DNA of 64,000 bases from contig CANRJS010000002.1 in assembly GCA_947631015.1 (NCBI GenBank), positions 1,726 through 65,725 of the forward strand, in the 5' to 3' direction. Position 1 is the first letter of the stretch. Every line of letters begins with the position of its first letter. This DNA is from an uncultured Clostridia bacterium (GTDB lineage Bacteria; Bacillota; Clostridia; Oscillospirales; JAAYOS01). The notes under the pieces were generated by a model that saw only the letters and a list, made by a program, of their open reading frames with translations, was not told the origin of the DNA and ran no database searches. A program made the position numbers and the translations under genes. Shown piece after piece: positions 39,046-48,784 of this stretch.

Positions 39046-39536
39046 CAGCGCGGCTCCTCCTCGCGCATACGCATGACTTCTTCGGTCGTGAGGTAGCGCT
39101 TGACCTTGTCGACAAAGCAGACGCCGTCGAGATGGTCTGTCTCGTGGCAGAACGCGCGGGCGGTGAGACCCGTGCCGCTCACCTCAAACGGCTTGCCGTT
39201 CCTGTCCTGCGCGCGGACGGTGACGTTCATCGGCCGCTCGACAAGTCCCCATCTGCCGGGGAAGCTCAGGCAGCCCTCCGCGCCCTCGTTTTTCCCGTCC
39301 GCCGCGATTATCTCGGGGTTGACGAGTTCGATTATGTTGTCGTCCGCGTCTATGACGAGCACGACGCGGCGGAGCACGCCTACCTGCGGCGCGGCGAGGC
39401 CGAGCCCCTCCGCGTCGATAAGCGTCTCGCGCATATCGTCTATCAGCTCGTGCAGGCGGCGGTCAAAGACCGTCACCTCTCTTGAACGTTTGCGGAGAAC
39501 GGGATCCCCGTCCTCAACTATTTTGCGCAGCGCCAT
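39045..39536 (-). CDS. def: Peptide deformylase
   Basis: GLAAPQVG, EGCLS, HETDHL. Confidence 0.96.
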   Translation of the reverse strand: MALRKIVEDGDPVLRKRSREVTVFDRRLHELIDDMRETLIDAEGLGLAAPQVGVLRRVVLVIDADDNIIELVNPEIIAADGKNEGAEGCLSFPGRWGLVERPMNVTVRAQDRNGKPFEVSGTGLTARAFCHETDHLDGVCFVDKVKRYLTTEEVMRMREEEPR

Positions 39537-39562
39537 TTTCTTCCTGCCCCTTTCTCCGTGTG

Positions 39563-42010
39563 TCAAATATCGTTTGGGTTGATGTCTGCGAATACCGCGC
39601 ACCCCTTTCTTTCGGACGCGCGGAACAGCCGTATCGCGTGGGTGATAACGAGCCGCAGCGTCCTGTCCGCCTTTCCCATGAGCGTCATCCTGTAGCGGTA
39701 GCGCCCCGCCATGCGGAACACCGCCGCCTGCGTCGGCCCGAGGACCTTCGTATCCGGCGAATGCTCCGCCGTGAGCTCACGCAGGAGGTCGCGCATGCGC
39801 ATCGCTCCGTCGAGCGCGAGCGACTCGTCGAGCGCGCTCACCTCCACCGAGATGAGGTCGCAGAACGGCGGGTAGCCGAGCCGCTTCCTCAGCGCTATCT
39901 CCTCCGCAAAGAACCCCTCGTAGTTCTGCTCCGCCGCCGCGAGCAGCAGCGGGCTCGAGGGCGTGAAGGTCTGAAGTATCGCGTGGCCGCCGTCCTCGCC
40001 CCGTCCGGCTCTGCCGACGACCTGCGTTATTATCGAAAACGTCCGCTCGTTTGCGCGGAAGTCGTCCGCGTAGAGCGCGCTGTCCGCATTGAGGACGCCG
40101 ACGAGCGTGACCTTCGGGAAGTCGAGCCCCTTCGCTATCATCTGCGTGCCGAGCAGCACGTCCGCCTCGCCCGCGCGGAACTTTGAAAGTATCTCCTCGT
40201 GCGAGTGGCGCGCGGAGGTGGTGTCCGAGTCCATACGGAGCACCCGCACTCCGGGGATGAGGTCTATAAGCTCCTGCTCGACCCGCTGCGTCCCCGCGCC
40301 GACGAGCTTCAGCTCGCCGCCGCACTCGGGGCAGCGCTCCGGCTTCGGCTCGCTCGAGCCGCAGTAGTGGCACATCAGGCGGCCGTTCGCGGAGTGGTAG
40401 GTGTAGACGGACGAGCAGTTGGGGCATTCGGGAGTGTACCCGCACTCGGCGCATATCACGCGCCGCGCCGCGCCCCTGCGGTTGAGGAAGAGTATCGACT
40501 GCCGCTCCTCCGCCATCCGCTCCTCTATCGCGTGTCGGAGTGCGGCGCTTATCATGCCGGGGTTCGCCCGCCGCAACTCCTCCCGCATGTCGACTATCTC
40601 GACCGAGGGGAGCGGGCGCGAGGCGTACCGCTCCTTCAGCGTGACGAGCTCGTATATGCCGCTCCTCGCGCGCTCGTAGCTCTCGACCGACGGCGTCGCG
40701 CTGCCGAGCACGAGGAGCGCGGACGCGCTCGCGGCACGTCTCCGCGCGACGTCGCGCGCGTGGTAGCGCGGCGTGCTCTCCGACTTGTAGCTTCTCTCCT
40801 GCTCCTCGTCTATGACGATAAGCCCGAGGTTCGAGATAGGCGCGAACACCGCCGAACGCGTGCCGAGCACGACGTCCGCCTCACCCGCGCGGATGCGCTT
40901 CCACTCGTCCGCGCGCTCGCCGACGGTGAGCGCGGAGTGGAGTATCGCCACCCTGTCCCCGAAGCGCGCGCGGAAGAGGCGCATGAGCTGCGGCGTGAGC
41001 GCTATCTCCGGCGCGAGGATCATCGCGCCGCGCCCGCTCTCTATGACCTTTGCCGCAAGCTCGATATACACAAGCGTCTTTCCCGAACCGGTGACGCCGT
41101 ACAGCAGCGCGGCGGCGGGCTTCCCGCCGTCCGCAAGCGCCGCGAGGCGGTCGAGCGCCGCCTGCTGCTCCTCATTGAGTTCGGCGGGGCCGGACGGCTC
41201 CACCTGCTCAAGCTCCGGACGCCGGTAGGTCGGCAGACGCTTCTCCGCTATAAGCCCGCTCTTTTTCATGCCGGTCACCTGCTGCTTCGTCGCGCCGGTG
41301 AAGTAGGTTATCTCGCCTAAAGCGGCCTCGCCCGCGTCGCGCAGGAAGTTCAGCACGTCGCGGCGGTACGGGTATTTGTCTCCGTTGCGCGCGATGTAAC
41401 GCCGCGCCTCCTCGTCGGTGACGGCGAGGCTGAATATCCTCACCGTCTTGTCGCCGACTACGCGGCTCGCCGCCGTCTCGCGGACTATCACGCCCCGGCT
41501 CACGAGCGCGTCGAAGATCTTACCTCCCGCCGCACGCTCGCCCTTCGCGACGCCGACGCCCTCCGCCGCAAGCTCTATCGCCGCGCGCTCCGCGTCGCTT
41601 TCCGCGAGCGCGAGCGCGGAGTCGCGGCTGAGCTCCGGCGCGATGCGGTACTCGTCGTCGACGGAGTACCATATCCCGCTCGGAAGCATGGCCTTCACCG
41701 CGTCGTAGTAGGTGCAGAAGCACCTGTCGCGGAGCGAAAGCGCAAGGCGGATGAGCTCCGGCGTGAACACCGGCTCGCGGTCGAGCACATGGAGGACAGG
41801 CTTGAGCTTCCGTTCCCCCACGTCGTCGGTGATGTCGAGCACCATCGCCTCGGTGCGGCGGTTGCGCGTTCCGAACGGCACGAGTACCCGCGTCCCTACG
41901 GCGATCTGCTGCTCAAGTGACGCGGGTATCAGGTATGTGTATGTGTGATCGGCGGAGTACGCCGCGGCGCTGACCGCGACCTTCGCCGCCCGGACGGTCT
42001 CCTCGTACAC
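39563..42010 (-). CDS. priA: Primosomal protein N'
   Basis: GVTGSGKT, PEIALTPQ, Cys-rich region, GTQMIAKGLDF. Confidence 0.96.
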   Translation of the reverse strand: MYEETVRAAKVAVSAAAYSADHTYTYLIPASLEQQIAVGTRVLVPFGTRNRRTEAMVLDITDDVGERKLKPVLHVLDREPVFTPELIRLALSLRDRCFCTYYDAVKAMLPSGIWYSVDDEYRIAPELSRDSALALAESDAERAAIELAAEGVGVAKGERAAGGKIFDALVSRGVIVRETAASRVVGDKTVRIFSLAVTDEEARRYIARNGDKYPYRRDVLNFLRDAGEAALGEITYFTGATKQQVTGMKKSGLIAEKRLPTYRRPELEQVEPSGPAELNEEQQAALDRLAALADGGKPAAALLYGVTGSGKTLVYIELAAKVIESGRGAMILAPEIALTPQLMRLFRARFGDRVAILHSALTVGERADEWKRIRAGEADVVLGTRSAVFAPISNLGLIVIDEEQERSYKSESTPRYHARDVARRRAASASALLVLGSATPSVESYERARSGIYELVTLKERYASRPLPSVEIVDMREELRRANPGMISAALRHAIEERMAEERQSILFLNRRGAARRVICAECGYTPECPNCSSVYTYHSANGRLMCHYCGSSEPKPERCPECGGELKLVGAGTQRVEQELIDLIPGVRVLRMDSDTTSARHSHEEILSKFRAGEADVLLGTQMIAKGLDFPKVTLVGVLNADSALYADDFRANERTFSIITQVVGRAGRGEDGGHAILQTFTPSSPLLLAAAEQNYEGFFAEEIALRKRLGYPPFCDLISVEVSALDESLALDGAMRMRDLLRELTAEHSPDTKVLGPTQAAVFRMAGRYRYRMTLMGKADRTLRLVITHAIRLFRASERKGCAVFADINPNDI

Positions 42011-42012
42011 CG

Positions 42013-42234
42013 TTATTCCTTTGCCGCGCTCTGGAATCCGTCGCGCAGAGTGCCGCGGGTACGTCCCTCGTTTATGTCGTTAATAGCCATCTTGACCGGC
42101 TTCTCCTCGAGCTTCTCGCCCGCTTCGTCGGCCCGTCCGGCAATCTCACGCGCGCGGCGAGCGGTGAGGTTGACGAGCATATAACGGTTGTCGACCTTCT
42201 TCAAAAGGTCCGTGATGGTGGGATAGAGCATCAT
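42013..42234 (-). CDS. rpoZ: RNA polymerase omega subunit
   Basis: NRYMLVNLTARRAR, KPV; follows gmk. Confidence 0.92.
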   Translation of the reverse strand: MMLYPTITDLLKKVDNRYMLVNLTARRAREIAGRADEAGEKLEEKPVKMAINDINEGRTRGTLRDGFQSAAKE

Positions 42235-42842
42235 ATTCCGAGTCCTCCTTTGACTGATTCGATGCACTTTGCCGCTTTAAGTCTCTCGGCGGCCATTATG
42301 CTTTCTATGTCGCTTACCGCATGGGGCACGGTATCGTTTTGAACTATGTAGTCGTACTCGTCCATGTGAAGTATCTCGGCGCGCGCCTTCTCCATGCGCG
42401 CCGCTATCTGCTCCTCCGACTCGGTGCCCCGCCCGCGAAGGCGGCGCTCCAGCTCCTCAAAGCTCGGCGGCACGAGGAATACCAATACCGCGTCCGGACG
42501 CTTCCTCTTTACGTTGTTCGCGCCGTTTATCTCGATGACGAGTATCATGTCCCGACCGGCACCGAGCGCGGCGTCCACCGCCGCCGCCGGAGTGCCGTAG
42601 GACGCCGTGGTGTACTCCGCGTACTCCAGGAACTCCCCGCGCTCTATCATCTCAGCGAAGCGCTCCCGCGTGACGAAGTAGTAGTCCTTTCCCTCCGTCT
42701 CGCCCTCGCGCGGAGCGCGGGTCGTCGCAGAGACCGAGAACGCCGTCTCGGGATGCAGGCGCAGCAGCTCGCGCACGACGGTGTCCTTCCCCGTCCCGCT
42801 CGGCGCGGAGACGACGTAGAGGGTGCCCTTCCGTTCACTCAT
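42231..42842 (-). CDS. gmk: Guanylate kinase
   Basis: [19 protein letters not shown]. Confidence 0.95.
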   Translation of the reverse strand: MSERKGTLYVVSAPSGTGKDTVVRELLRLHPETAFSVSATTRAPREGETEGKDYYFVTRERFAEMIERGEFLEYAEYTTASYGTPAAAVDAALGAGRDMILVIEINGANNVKRKRPDAVLVFLVPPSFEELERRLRGRGTESEEQIAARMEKARAEILHMDEYDYIVQNDTVPHAVSDIESIMAAERLKAAKCIESVKGGLGI

Positions 42843-43098
42843 CCTCCCCGTCCTCCTCGTCTCCGCCGCTCGTGACGCGGCCGGCTATCGTCTCCGGCTG
42901 TATCGCGGAGAGGACGATGTGGTCCGAGTCGGTGATAAGTACCGCGCGGCTCTTGCGGCCGTAGGTCGCGTCGATAAGCATGCCGCGCTCCCGCGCGTCC
43001 TGAACCATCCGCTTTATCGGCGCGGAATCCGGGCTCACTATCGCCACGAGCCGCGCCGCCGAGACCATGTTCCCGAAACCTATGTTTATGAGCTTCAT
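42835..43098 (-). CDS. remA: RemA/DUF370 family regulator
   Basis: [23 protein letters not shown]. Confidence 0.92.
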   Translation of the reverse strand: MKLINIGFGNMVSAARLVAIVSPDSAPIKRMVQDARERGMLIDATYGRKSRAVLITDSDHIVLSAIQPETIAGRVTSGGDEEDGEDE

Positions 43099-43132
43099 AT
43101 ATCCGAAACTTTCCTTTCGTACAACCTGCGGT

Positions 43133-43185
43133 TTACTCTATGTTTTGAACCTGTTCGCGTATCTTTTCAATCTCGCTTTTCAACG
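43133..43185 (-). repeat. Duplicated 3' end of yicC (att-like)
   Basis: Direct repeat of 43320-43372 with a 35-bp identical core; encodes [16 protein letters not shown]. Confidence 0.9.
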
Positions 43186-43186
43186 C

Positions 43187-43321
43187 TTCCCCAAAATGTT
43201 CCTTGAACATTTTGGGGACCCCTTTGATTCAAATGCTCGGCGGAAATGAATTCCGCCTGCGCGAATTTGCCGGCTCCGCCGGCAAATTCACCGCCGGAAC
43301 CGCGGCGGAAGCTGCCGCATT
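43187..43321 (+). repeat. Structured repeat family 1, copy C
   Basis: Four hairpins with the same loops and linkers as copy B. Confidence 0.8.
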
Positions 43322-44219
43322 ACTCTATATTTTGAACCTGTTCGCGTATCTTTTCAATCTCGCTCTTGAGCGAAACGACTTCGCGCGCGATGTCGAGGTC
43401 GTTTGCCTTCGAGCCTATCGTGTTCGCCTCGCGGTTGAACTCCTGAATGAGGAAGTCAAGCTTCCGTCCGACAGCGCCGCCCTCCGAGAGAAGCTTGCGG
43501 AGCTCCGCTATGTGGCTGCGGAGGCGTACCGTCTCCTCGTCGACGGCGACCTTGTCGGCGTATATCGCCGCCTCGGTGACTATTCTTCCCTCGTCCGCGC
43601 TCGCGCCGAGCTTTTCAAGCGTGTCGTGAAGCCGCGCGAGCAGCTTCGCAAAGTATCCCGCAACGCACTCCTTCGAGCGCTCCTCTATGCGTCCCACGGC
43701 CTGCTCTATCGTGTCCGCGCGCGTGAGGATGTCCTGCGTGAGGCGTTCGCCCTCCGCGCGGCTCATCGACAGGAAACTCTCCGCCGCCGCGTCGAGCGCC
43801 GCAAGGACGCCCGCCATCAGCTCGTCCCCGTCCGGCTCGTCCGCCTCTACCGACAGTACGCCCTCGAGGCGTGAGAACGCGACGAGGTCGAGGTTTACGG
43901 CGGAGCCCGGCAGGAGACCCTCCGCCGTCTGCTTCAGCTCGTCCAGCGCCTGCATGTACTTCTCCGCAGCCGCCGCGTTCACCTTTATCTCCGGCGCGGA
44001 GCCCGGCTGCTTCTCGACGGTAACGAACACATCCGTCTTGCCGCGCGACACGCTCTGCGCGAGGCGGCTCTTTATCGCGTCCTCCATGTAGACGTAAACG
44101 CGGGGGAGGCGCACATTGCAGTCGAAGTAGCGGTGATTGACGGAGCGCATCTCGACGGTTATGTCGCACCCTGCGGCGCTTGCCGTCCCGCGTCCGTAGC
44201 CGGTCATGCTCCTTATCAT
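43320..44219 (-). CDS. yicC: YicC/YloC family endoribonuclease
   Basis: [38 protein letters not shown]. Confidence 0.95.
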   Translation of the reverse strand: MIRSMTGYGRGTASAAGCDITVEMRSVNHRYFDCNVRLPRVYVYMEDAIKSRLAQSVSRGKTDVFVTVEKQPGSAPEIKVNAAAAEKYMQALDELKQTAEGLLPGSAVNLDLVAFSRLEGVLSVEADEPDGDELMAGVLAALDAAAESFLSMSRAEGERLTQDILTRADTIEQAVGRIEERSKECVAGYFAKLLARLHDTLEKLGASADEGRIVTEAAIYADKVAVDEETVRLRSHIAELRKLLSEGGAVGRKLDFLIQEFNREANTIGSKANDLDIAREVVSLKSEIEKIREQVQNIE

Positions 44220-44222
44220 AGC

Positions 44223-44759
44223 CTATCCTCTCCTCTTTATATACTTTCCGAATTTGGATATAAACAGCGTAATGAGCCCCGAAAATCCCAAGTCGTATAT
44301 CACAAATGCGGCGTTTCCCGCGAGGTACACCGTCCACACCGCCCAGTCGACGGCAAGGAAGTCGAAGAGCATCGTCCCTGCCGCGAGCACGAGCACAGTG
44401 AGAAGCGCGTTGAACACCGCGAGCTTCACCGCCCACTCGAGCGGTTTTGCGGGCAGGCGCTCCGCGAGGCTCTTAATCATCGGGTAGTGTCCGAAGATCG
44501 CCGCGTACACCAGCGCCGAGCCCTTCGACGGCACGAGCAGCAGCGAGAGCGCCGCCGTCACCGCATACACGGCAAACCCGGCGGGAAGTCCCGCCGTCAG
44601 CACCGCCGCCGCCGGGAGCAGTCCCGCGGCGGCGACGAGCGCGAGCCGCGCCGTCGGCAGCGTCCCCGAGAGGTACAGCAGCACCGTTCCGAGAGCCGCG
44701 AGCACGGCGCAGAGCGCCGCGTCCCGCGCGGAAAACACCTTTTTCTTCTCCCCCGCCAT
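44223..44759 (-). CDS. Membrane protein of unknown function
   Basis: Five to six TM helices; tightly packed in the operon. Confidence 0.75.
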   Translation of the reverse strand: MAGEKKKVFSARDAALCAVLAALGTVLLYLSGTLPTARLALVAAAGLLPAAAVLTAGLPAGFAVYAVTAALSLLLVPSKGSALVYAAIFGHYPMIKSLAERLPAKPLEWAVKLAVFNALLTVLVLAAGTMLFDFLAVDWAVWTVYLAGNAAFVIYDLGFSGLITLFISKFGKYIKRRG

Positions 44760-44760
44760 A

Positions 44761-45381
44761 CTAGCAGCAGCGTATCAGGTCGCCGCCCATGCACTCGCAG
44801 CAGGTGTCCGCGCAGAGCAGGTCGCCGCAGAGGCCGCATCCCGTGAGCCCGCCGCCGGCCGCGGTCGTACCCCGGTACATCCCACCGCCGCGCTGGAGCA
44901 TCGCGAGCGCCTGACGGTATTCCATGTTGTTCGGGTCCATGTTGACGGCCGTGGCGATATTGCGCATCGCCTCGTCGTACATACCCTTCTGGCGGCAGAC
45001 TATGCCGTAGAGGAAGTACCACTCCGCGTTCCTGTCCGGAACGGAGTTCAGCAGCACCTCCGCCTGTGAGAGATTCCCCGCCTGTATATACTGGCGTATG
45101 CGGGTGTAGATGCTGCTCTGCGCCTCGTATCCGCCGCCGCTCCCGCCGTAGTTCGGAGAGGACGGGCCACCTCCGCCGTAGGAGGTCCCGTTCTGGCGCA
45201 TCTTCGTTATCTCGTCATACGCCTCGTTTATCTGCTTCATCTTCTCCTCGGCGAGGTCGCCGAGGGGATTGTCGGCATAGTTGTCCGGATGATACTTGCG
45301 GGCGAGATCGCGGTACGCCCGTTTGACCTCCTCGTCCGAGGCCGAAGGGTCCACTCCCAGTATCTTATAGGGGTCGTTCAT
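44761..45381 (-). CDS. J-domain (DnaJ-like) protein with TPR-like region and Cys-rich tail
   Basis: KYHPD; [11 protein letters not shown]-like segment; [25 protein letters not shown]. Confidence 0.88.
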   Translation of the reverse strand: MNDPYKILGVDPSASDEEVKRAYRDLARKYHPDNYADNPLGDLAEEKMKQINEAYDEITKMRQNGTSYGGGGPSSPNYGGSGGGYEAQSSIYTRIRQYIQAGNLSQAEVLLNSVPDRNAEWYFLYGIVCRQKGMYDEAMRNIATAVNMDPNNMEYRQALAMLQRGGGMYRGTTAAGGGLTGCGLCGDLLCADTCCECMGGDLIRCC

Positions 45382-45403
45382 CTCAACAGCTCCTTAATCC
45401 AAC

Positions 45404-46267
45404 CTATAAAGTCCTTTTGGACTTCTTTGCCTTCCATCTGCCCGCGAGGACTTCGTCCGTCACGGCATAGAGGCCGAGACGCAGCGTGTTCTCAACGAGC
45501 GCCGCCTCACGTCCGAGTTCCAGCTCGCGCGCCGCCTCCCATGCGGCGTCGAGCGAGAACGCGAGCGTTCCCTCGATGTGCGCCCTTATCTCTCCGTCCG
45601 GCGGACCGGTGAGCCCAAAGCGCTCTGCCACGGGATTGTAGCGGCGCGCGGCGATGTCCTCCCCGATGTCGTCGCACGCGTCGACGATGTATATCCATCT
45701 GCCGACGTGATAGAACATCCGCGCCGTCCGTTCGCCCGCAAGCTCCTCGCCCGCGGCGGAGAGTATCCGCGCGAACGCGTCTGCGGGGTAATCTATTGAA
45801 GCGCACCGCTCGCCCTCGAGTTTTTCGAGCGCCGCGAGCGCTTCATCCACCTTCAGACCGAGCTCCGGGCGGTAGCGCCTCGCCTTCCGGTAGTACGGCG
45901 TGAGGAGCAGACGCAGGAATCGCGCGCCGAGACCTCGGAAAAAACCGGAGTCCCGCACCTCGTCGTCCAGCTTCTTATAGCCGAGCAGTACGGTGAGGTC
46001 GGCGGCAAGTTCCATGCCGTTTCCCTTGCAGAGGATACACTTCTTGCGGAAGGGGCTCGCGGCACAGCGCCGGAATTCCGGCGCGGCGGAGCTGTCCAGC
46101 CCGTCCGCGACCGCGGCGTAGAACGCGAGGTCGTAGCTGAGCAGGAACCGCGCGCCGAAGCCGTACCTCCGGCTCAGCATGTGGCAGAGCCCGCAGTAGA
46201 CAGCCCGGAACCGCTCGAACTCGGAGACCTTCAGCTCTCCCTTCAGCGGACGCACATACCCGAACAT
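45404..46267 (-). CDS. DUF5685 family protein
   Basis: MFGYVRP..YCGLC..LSYD, YIVDACDD..D. Confidence 0.75.
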   Translation of the reverse strand: MFGYVRPLKGELKVSEFERFRAVYCGLCHMLSRRYGFGARFLLSYDLAFYAAVADGLDSSAAPEFRRCAASPFRKKCILCKGNGMELAADLTVLLGYKKLDDEVRDSGFFRGLGARFLRLLLTPYYRKARRYRPELGLKVDEALAALEKLEGERCASIDYPADAFARILSAAGEELAGERTARMFYHVGRWIYIVDACDDIGEDIAARRYNPVAERFGLTGPPDGEIRAHIEGTLAFSLDAAWEAARELELGREAALVENTLRLGLYAVTDEVLAGRWKAKKSKRTL

Positions 46268-46357
46268 TCCGAACCTCCCGCTCCGCAGAAGCCGCGCATC
46301 CTGCCCGGCGCGCGGAAAATAACGAGTCTATAACAGCCTCATCTTATATTTTACTAC

Positions 46358-46392
46358 AAAAGCACCCCAAAGCGCAAGCTTTTGGGGTGCTT
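46358..46392 (-). terminator. Terminator of cdaAR
   Basis: AAGCACCCCAAAG/CTTTGGGGTGCTT-type stem with T-run on the minus strand. Confidence 0.75.
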
Positions 46393-46436
46393 AAACGAAA
46401 AATTTACAGTTTGTTCATCACGGGACGCGTGCGGGG

Positions 46437-47678
46437 TCACTCTCCCGCCTCATCCTCGGGCATCAGCTCAACCGAAACGTTGTACTCGCCGAGCACTCCG
46501 ACGTCCGGGAAACCGTCCACATAGACGTCCGCGTCAACGGTGTAGCGTCCGCTCTCGGTTATGCCCGTACCGCGCAGGTCGGCCACGACCCGCAGGTTGA
46601 GCGGCTCTATCCCGTCAATATCCTCCGCCCTGCCGCGCAGGGTGATGCTGCGCTCGTTCGTTATGACGTTTACGGCGAGGCCTTCCGGCTGGTTTATCGC
46701 AACGATGTTGTCACAGACTATCGACTTCACCGAAAGTCCCTCAAGAGTCACCGATACGCTGCATTCCCCCTCGCCGGAGAGGCTCTCCACGCCGTTTGGC
46801 AGGCTTATCGGGAAGGTGAACTCCGCCGTGCCGAGCACGTCCGCAAGGTCTATTGAGCCGACGTCGACCGAGTTGAGCGCGTCCACTATCGAGGGCTCGC
46901 CCGCGACCTCTATCTCGGCGGGGTCTATCGTCCATTTAGCGTCCGTCTCGGCGGCGCCCGCGCCGCCCACAATTTTGACCGAGAGCGGCAGGGTCTTCAT
47001 CTTCTGGACGGGCATGGTCACGTTGACCGTCTCGTAATTGACGTTCAACTCCTCGGACTCGACAAGCTCCCCGTCGTCGGTATAGAGCGAATAGCCTACG
47101 TCTGCGGTGATGGTGCTGTCAACATTCTGCCTTGTCCAGACCGCCTCGGCATAGCCGATGCCGCTCACGAGCTCGCGCGGCCCGGTGACGAGTATCGACG
47201 CGGGCTCTATCGAGGGTGTCTTTGTGATGAAGCCCTCGGAGACGCTTCCGTCGTTGCGGAGGCGCACCTCCACGGCGGTGGTTATCACGTTCTCGAGCGT
47301 GACGTTGAGGTAGTACGGGGACTGGTCGAGCAGCGTCACATCCTCGTCGGGGATGGTGACGGTGTAGTTTACCTGCTTTGTTCCGGCGCTGTTGTAGCGG
47401 CTGAGGTCGGCCTCGACCGTTATCGACTCCTTGTGGGTGTTCAGCTCCGCAATGTCCCGGATGCTTCCCATGACCGTCAGGTCGACGGTGGCGTGCTTCT
47501 CGGAGGTCATCATGAGGTCATAGTCCTCATAGATCTCGTCCACGCCGATAAACGTGACCGGAACGCCGCTTATGACGTCCTCCTTCTGCGGGTTTTCCAC
47601 GCCGACGACGTATATCCACAGCAGCACGGAGGCGACAAAAGCAATAAAAATATAGAGGATCCTAGTTCTCCCTGCCAT
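46437..47678 (-). CDS. cdaR: CdaR/YbbR-domain regulator of diadenylate cyclase
   Basis: N-terminal TM ending LWIYV, repeated beta domains, overlaps cdaA. Confidence 0.85.
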   Translation of the reverse strand: MAGRTRILYIFIAFVASVLLWIYVVGVENPQKEDVISGVPVTFIGVDEIYEDYDLMMTSEKHATVDLTVMGSIRDIAELNTHKESITVEADLSRYNSAGTKQVNYTVTIPDEDVTLLDQSPYYLNVTLENVITTAVEVRLRNDGSVSEGFITKTPSIEPASILVTGPRELVSGIGYAEAVWTRQNVDSTITADVGYSLYTDDGELVESEELNVNYETVNVTMPVQKMKTLPLSVKIVGGAGAAETDAKWTIDPAEIEVAGEPSIVDALNSVDVGSIDLADVLGTAEFTFPISLPNGVESLSGEGECSVSVTLEGLSVKSIVCDNIVAINQPEGLAVNVITNERSITLRGRAEDIDGIEPLNLRVVADLRGTGITESGRYTVDADVYVDGFPDVGVLGEYNVSVELMPEDEAGE

Positions 47679-48540
47679 TTTTCTTCCCCTTTATCTGCTG
47701 CATCACTTTCTTGACGCCCTTCTGCGAAGTTTCCGGCTCGCTCGGTATCAGCTCGCGGCGGAGCAGCGCCGCCAGCGTCTCGGTATTCAGGTGGCGTTTG
47801 AGCATGCCGCCGGTCGCCACGGATATGGCGCCGGTCTCCTCGCTGACTATTACCACGACGGCGTCGCTCACCTCGCTCATGCCGACGCCCGCGCGGTGGC
47901 GCATACCGAGGTCCGGGCTGAGGTTGTTGTTTGTGGTGAGCGGAAGCATACACCCCGCCGCGCAGAGGCGGTCGTCCCGAATTATGACCGCGCCGTCATG
48001 CAGCGCAGCCTTCGGGAAGAAGATGTTCTTTATGAGCATGCTCGACACGGCGGCGTCCACCACGGTGCCGGTCTTTATCACGTCCTCGAGCAGCATCGAG
48101 CGCTCGAAGACGAGGAGCACGCCTATCTTCTGCTGTGAAAGCGTGTTGCAGGCGCTGACGACCTGGGCTATCACCGCCTCGGTGTCCCGCGCGACGCGCT
48201 CGTCGTTCTTTGAAAAGAGATTTGAGAGCTTGCTGCTGCCGACCGTCTCGAGCATCTTGCGGAGCTCCGGCTGGAAGAGCACGAGCAGCGCTATTATGCC
48301 GAGCTGGAGGGTGTTCGAGAGAATGAAGGTCAGCACGTCAAGCTCGAGGAGCGCGGCGATGGCGAGCATAACGACAAGCAGCGCGATACCCTTGAGTATC
48401 TGCGCCGCCGGCGTCTTGCGTATCAGGACCAGCAGCTTGTAGATGACAAACGTCATCACAAGAACGTCAACCACGTCCGTCCAGCTTATAAGCTGGAGGT
48501 AGTTCACGACGTTTGAAAGCGCCTCACGAATCAGTTCCAT
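47662..48540 (-). CDS. cdaA: Diadenylate cyclase CdaA (DacA)
   Basis: Three TM helices, FQPELR, LHDGA, GMRHRA, VSEETG. Confidence 0.95.
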   Translation of the reverse strand: MELIREALSNVVNYLQLISWTDVVDVLVMTFVIYKLLVLIRKTPAAQILKGIALLVVMLAIAALLELDVLTFILSNTLQLGIIALLVLFQPELRKMLETVGSSKLSNLFSKNDERVARDTEAVIAQVVSACNTLSQQKIGVLLVFERSMLLEDVIKTGTVVDAAVSSMLIKNIFFPKAALHDGAVIIRDDRLCAAGCMLPLTTNNNLSPDLGMRHRAGVGMSEVSDAVVVIVSEETGAISVATGGMLKRHLNTETLAALLRRELIPSEPETSQKGVKKVMQQIKGKKNGREN

Positions 48541-48636
48541 AACCGCTCCATCGCTCTTTATAAGACATATTCTGCCGTATTGATTTTACCACACCTGCCC
48601 TTAATGTTAAATAGGCATTTGGAGAATTTATGAATT

Positions 48637-48653
48637 TGTAACAATTTTGTAAC
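48637..48653. promoter_or_regulatory. WalR/OmpR-type direct-repeat box upstream of cdaA
   Basis: TGTAAC-AATTT-TGTAAC. Confidence 0.55.
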
Positions 48654-48703
48654 ATTTCGGCGGAGCGCCGAAACGCTGCCGCCCGGCACGGTTCGAGGGC
48701 GGA

Positions 48704-48740
48704 AAAACACCGCCCCGACGCGTTGTCGGGGCGGTGTTTT
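48704..48740 (-). terminator. Terminator of the GH127 gene
   Basis: AAAACACCGCCCCGAC/GTCGGGGCGGTGTTTT. Confidence 0.8.
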
Positions 48741-48784
48741 CGCGGCGCGCGGCACGTCCGCGCGCCCACCGATGTTGTGGTTTC

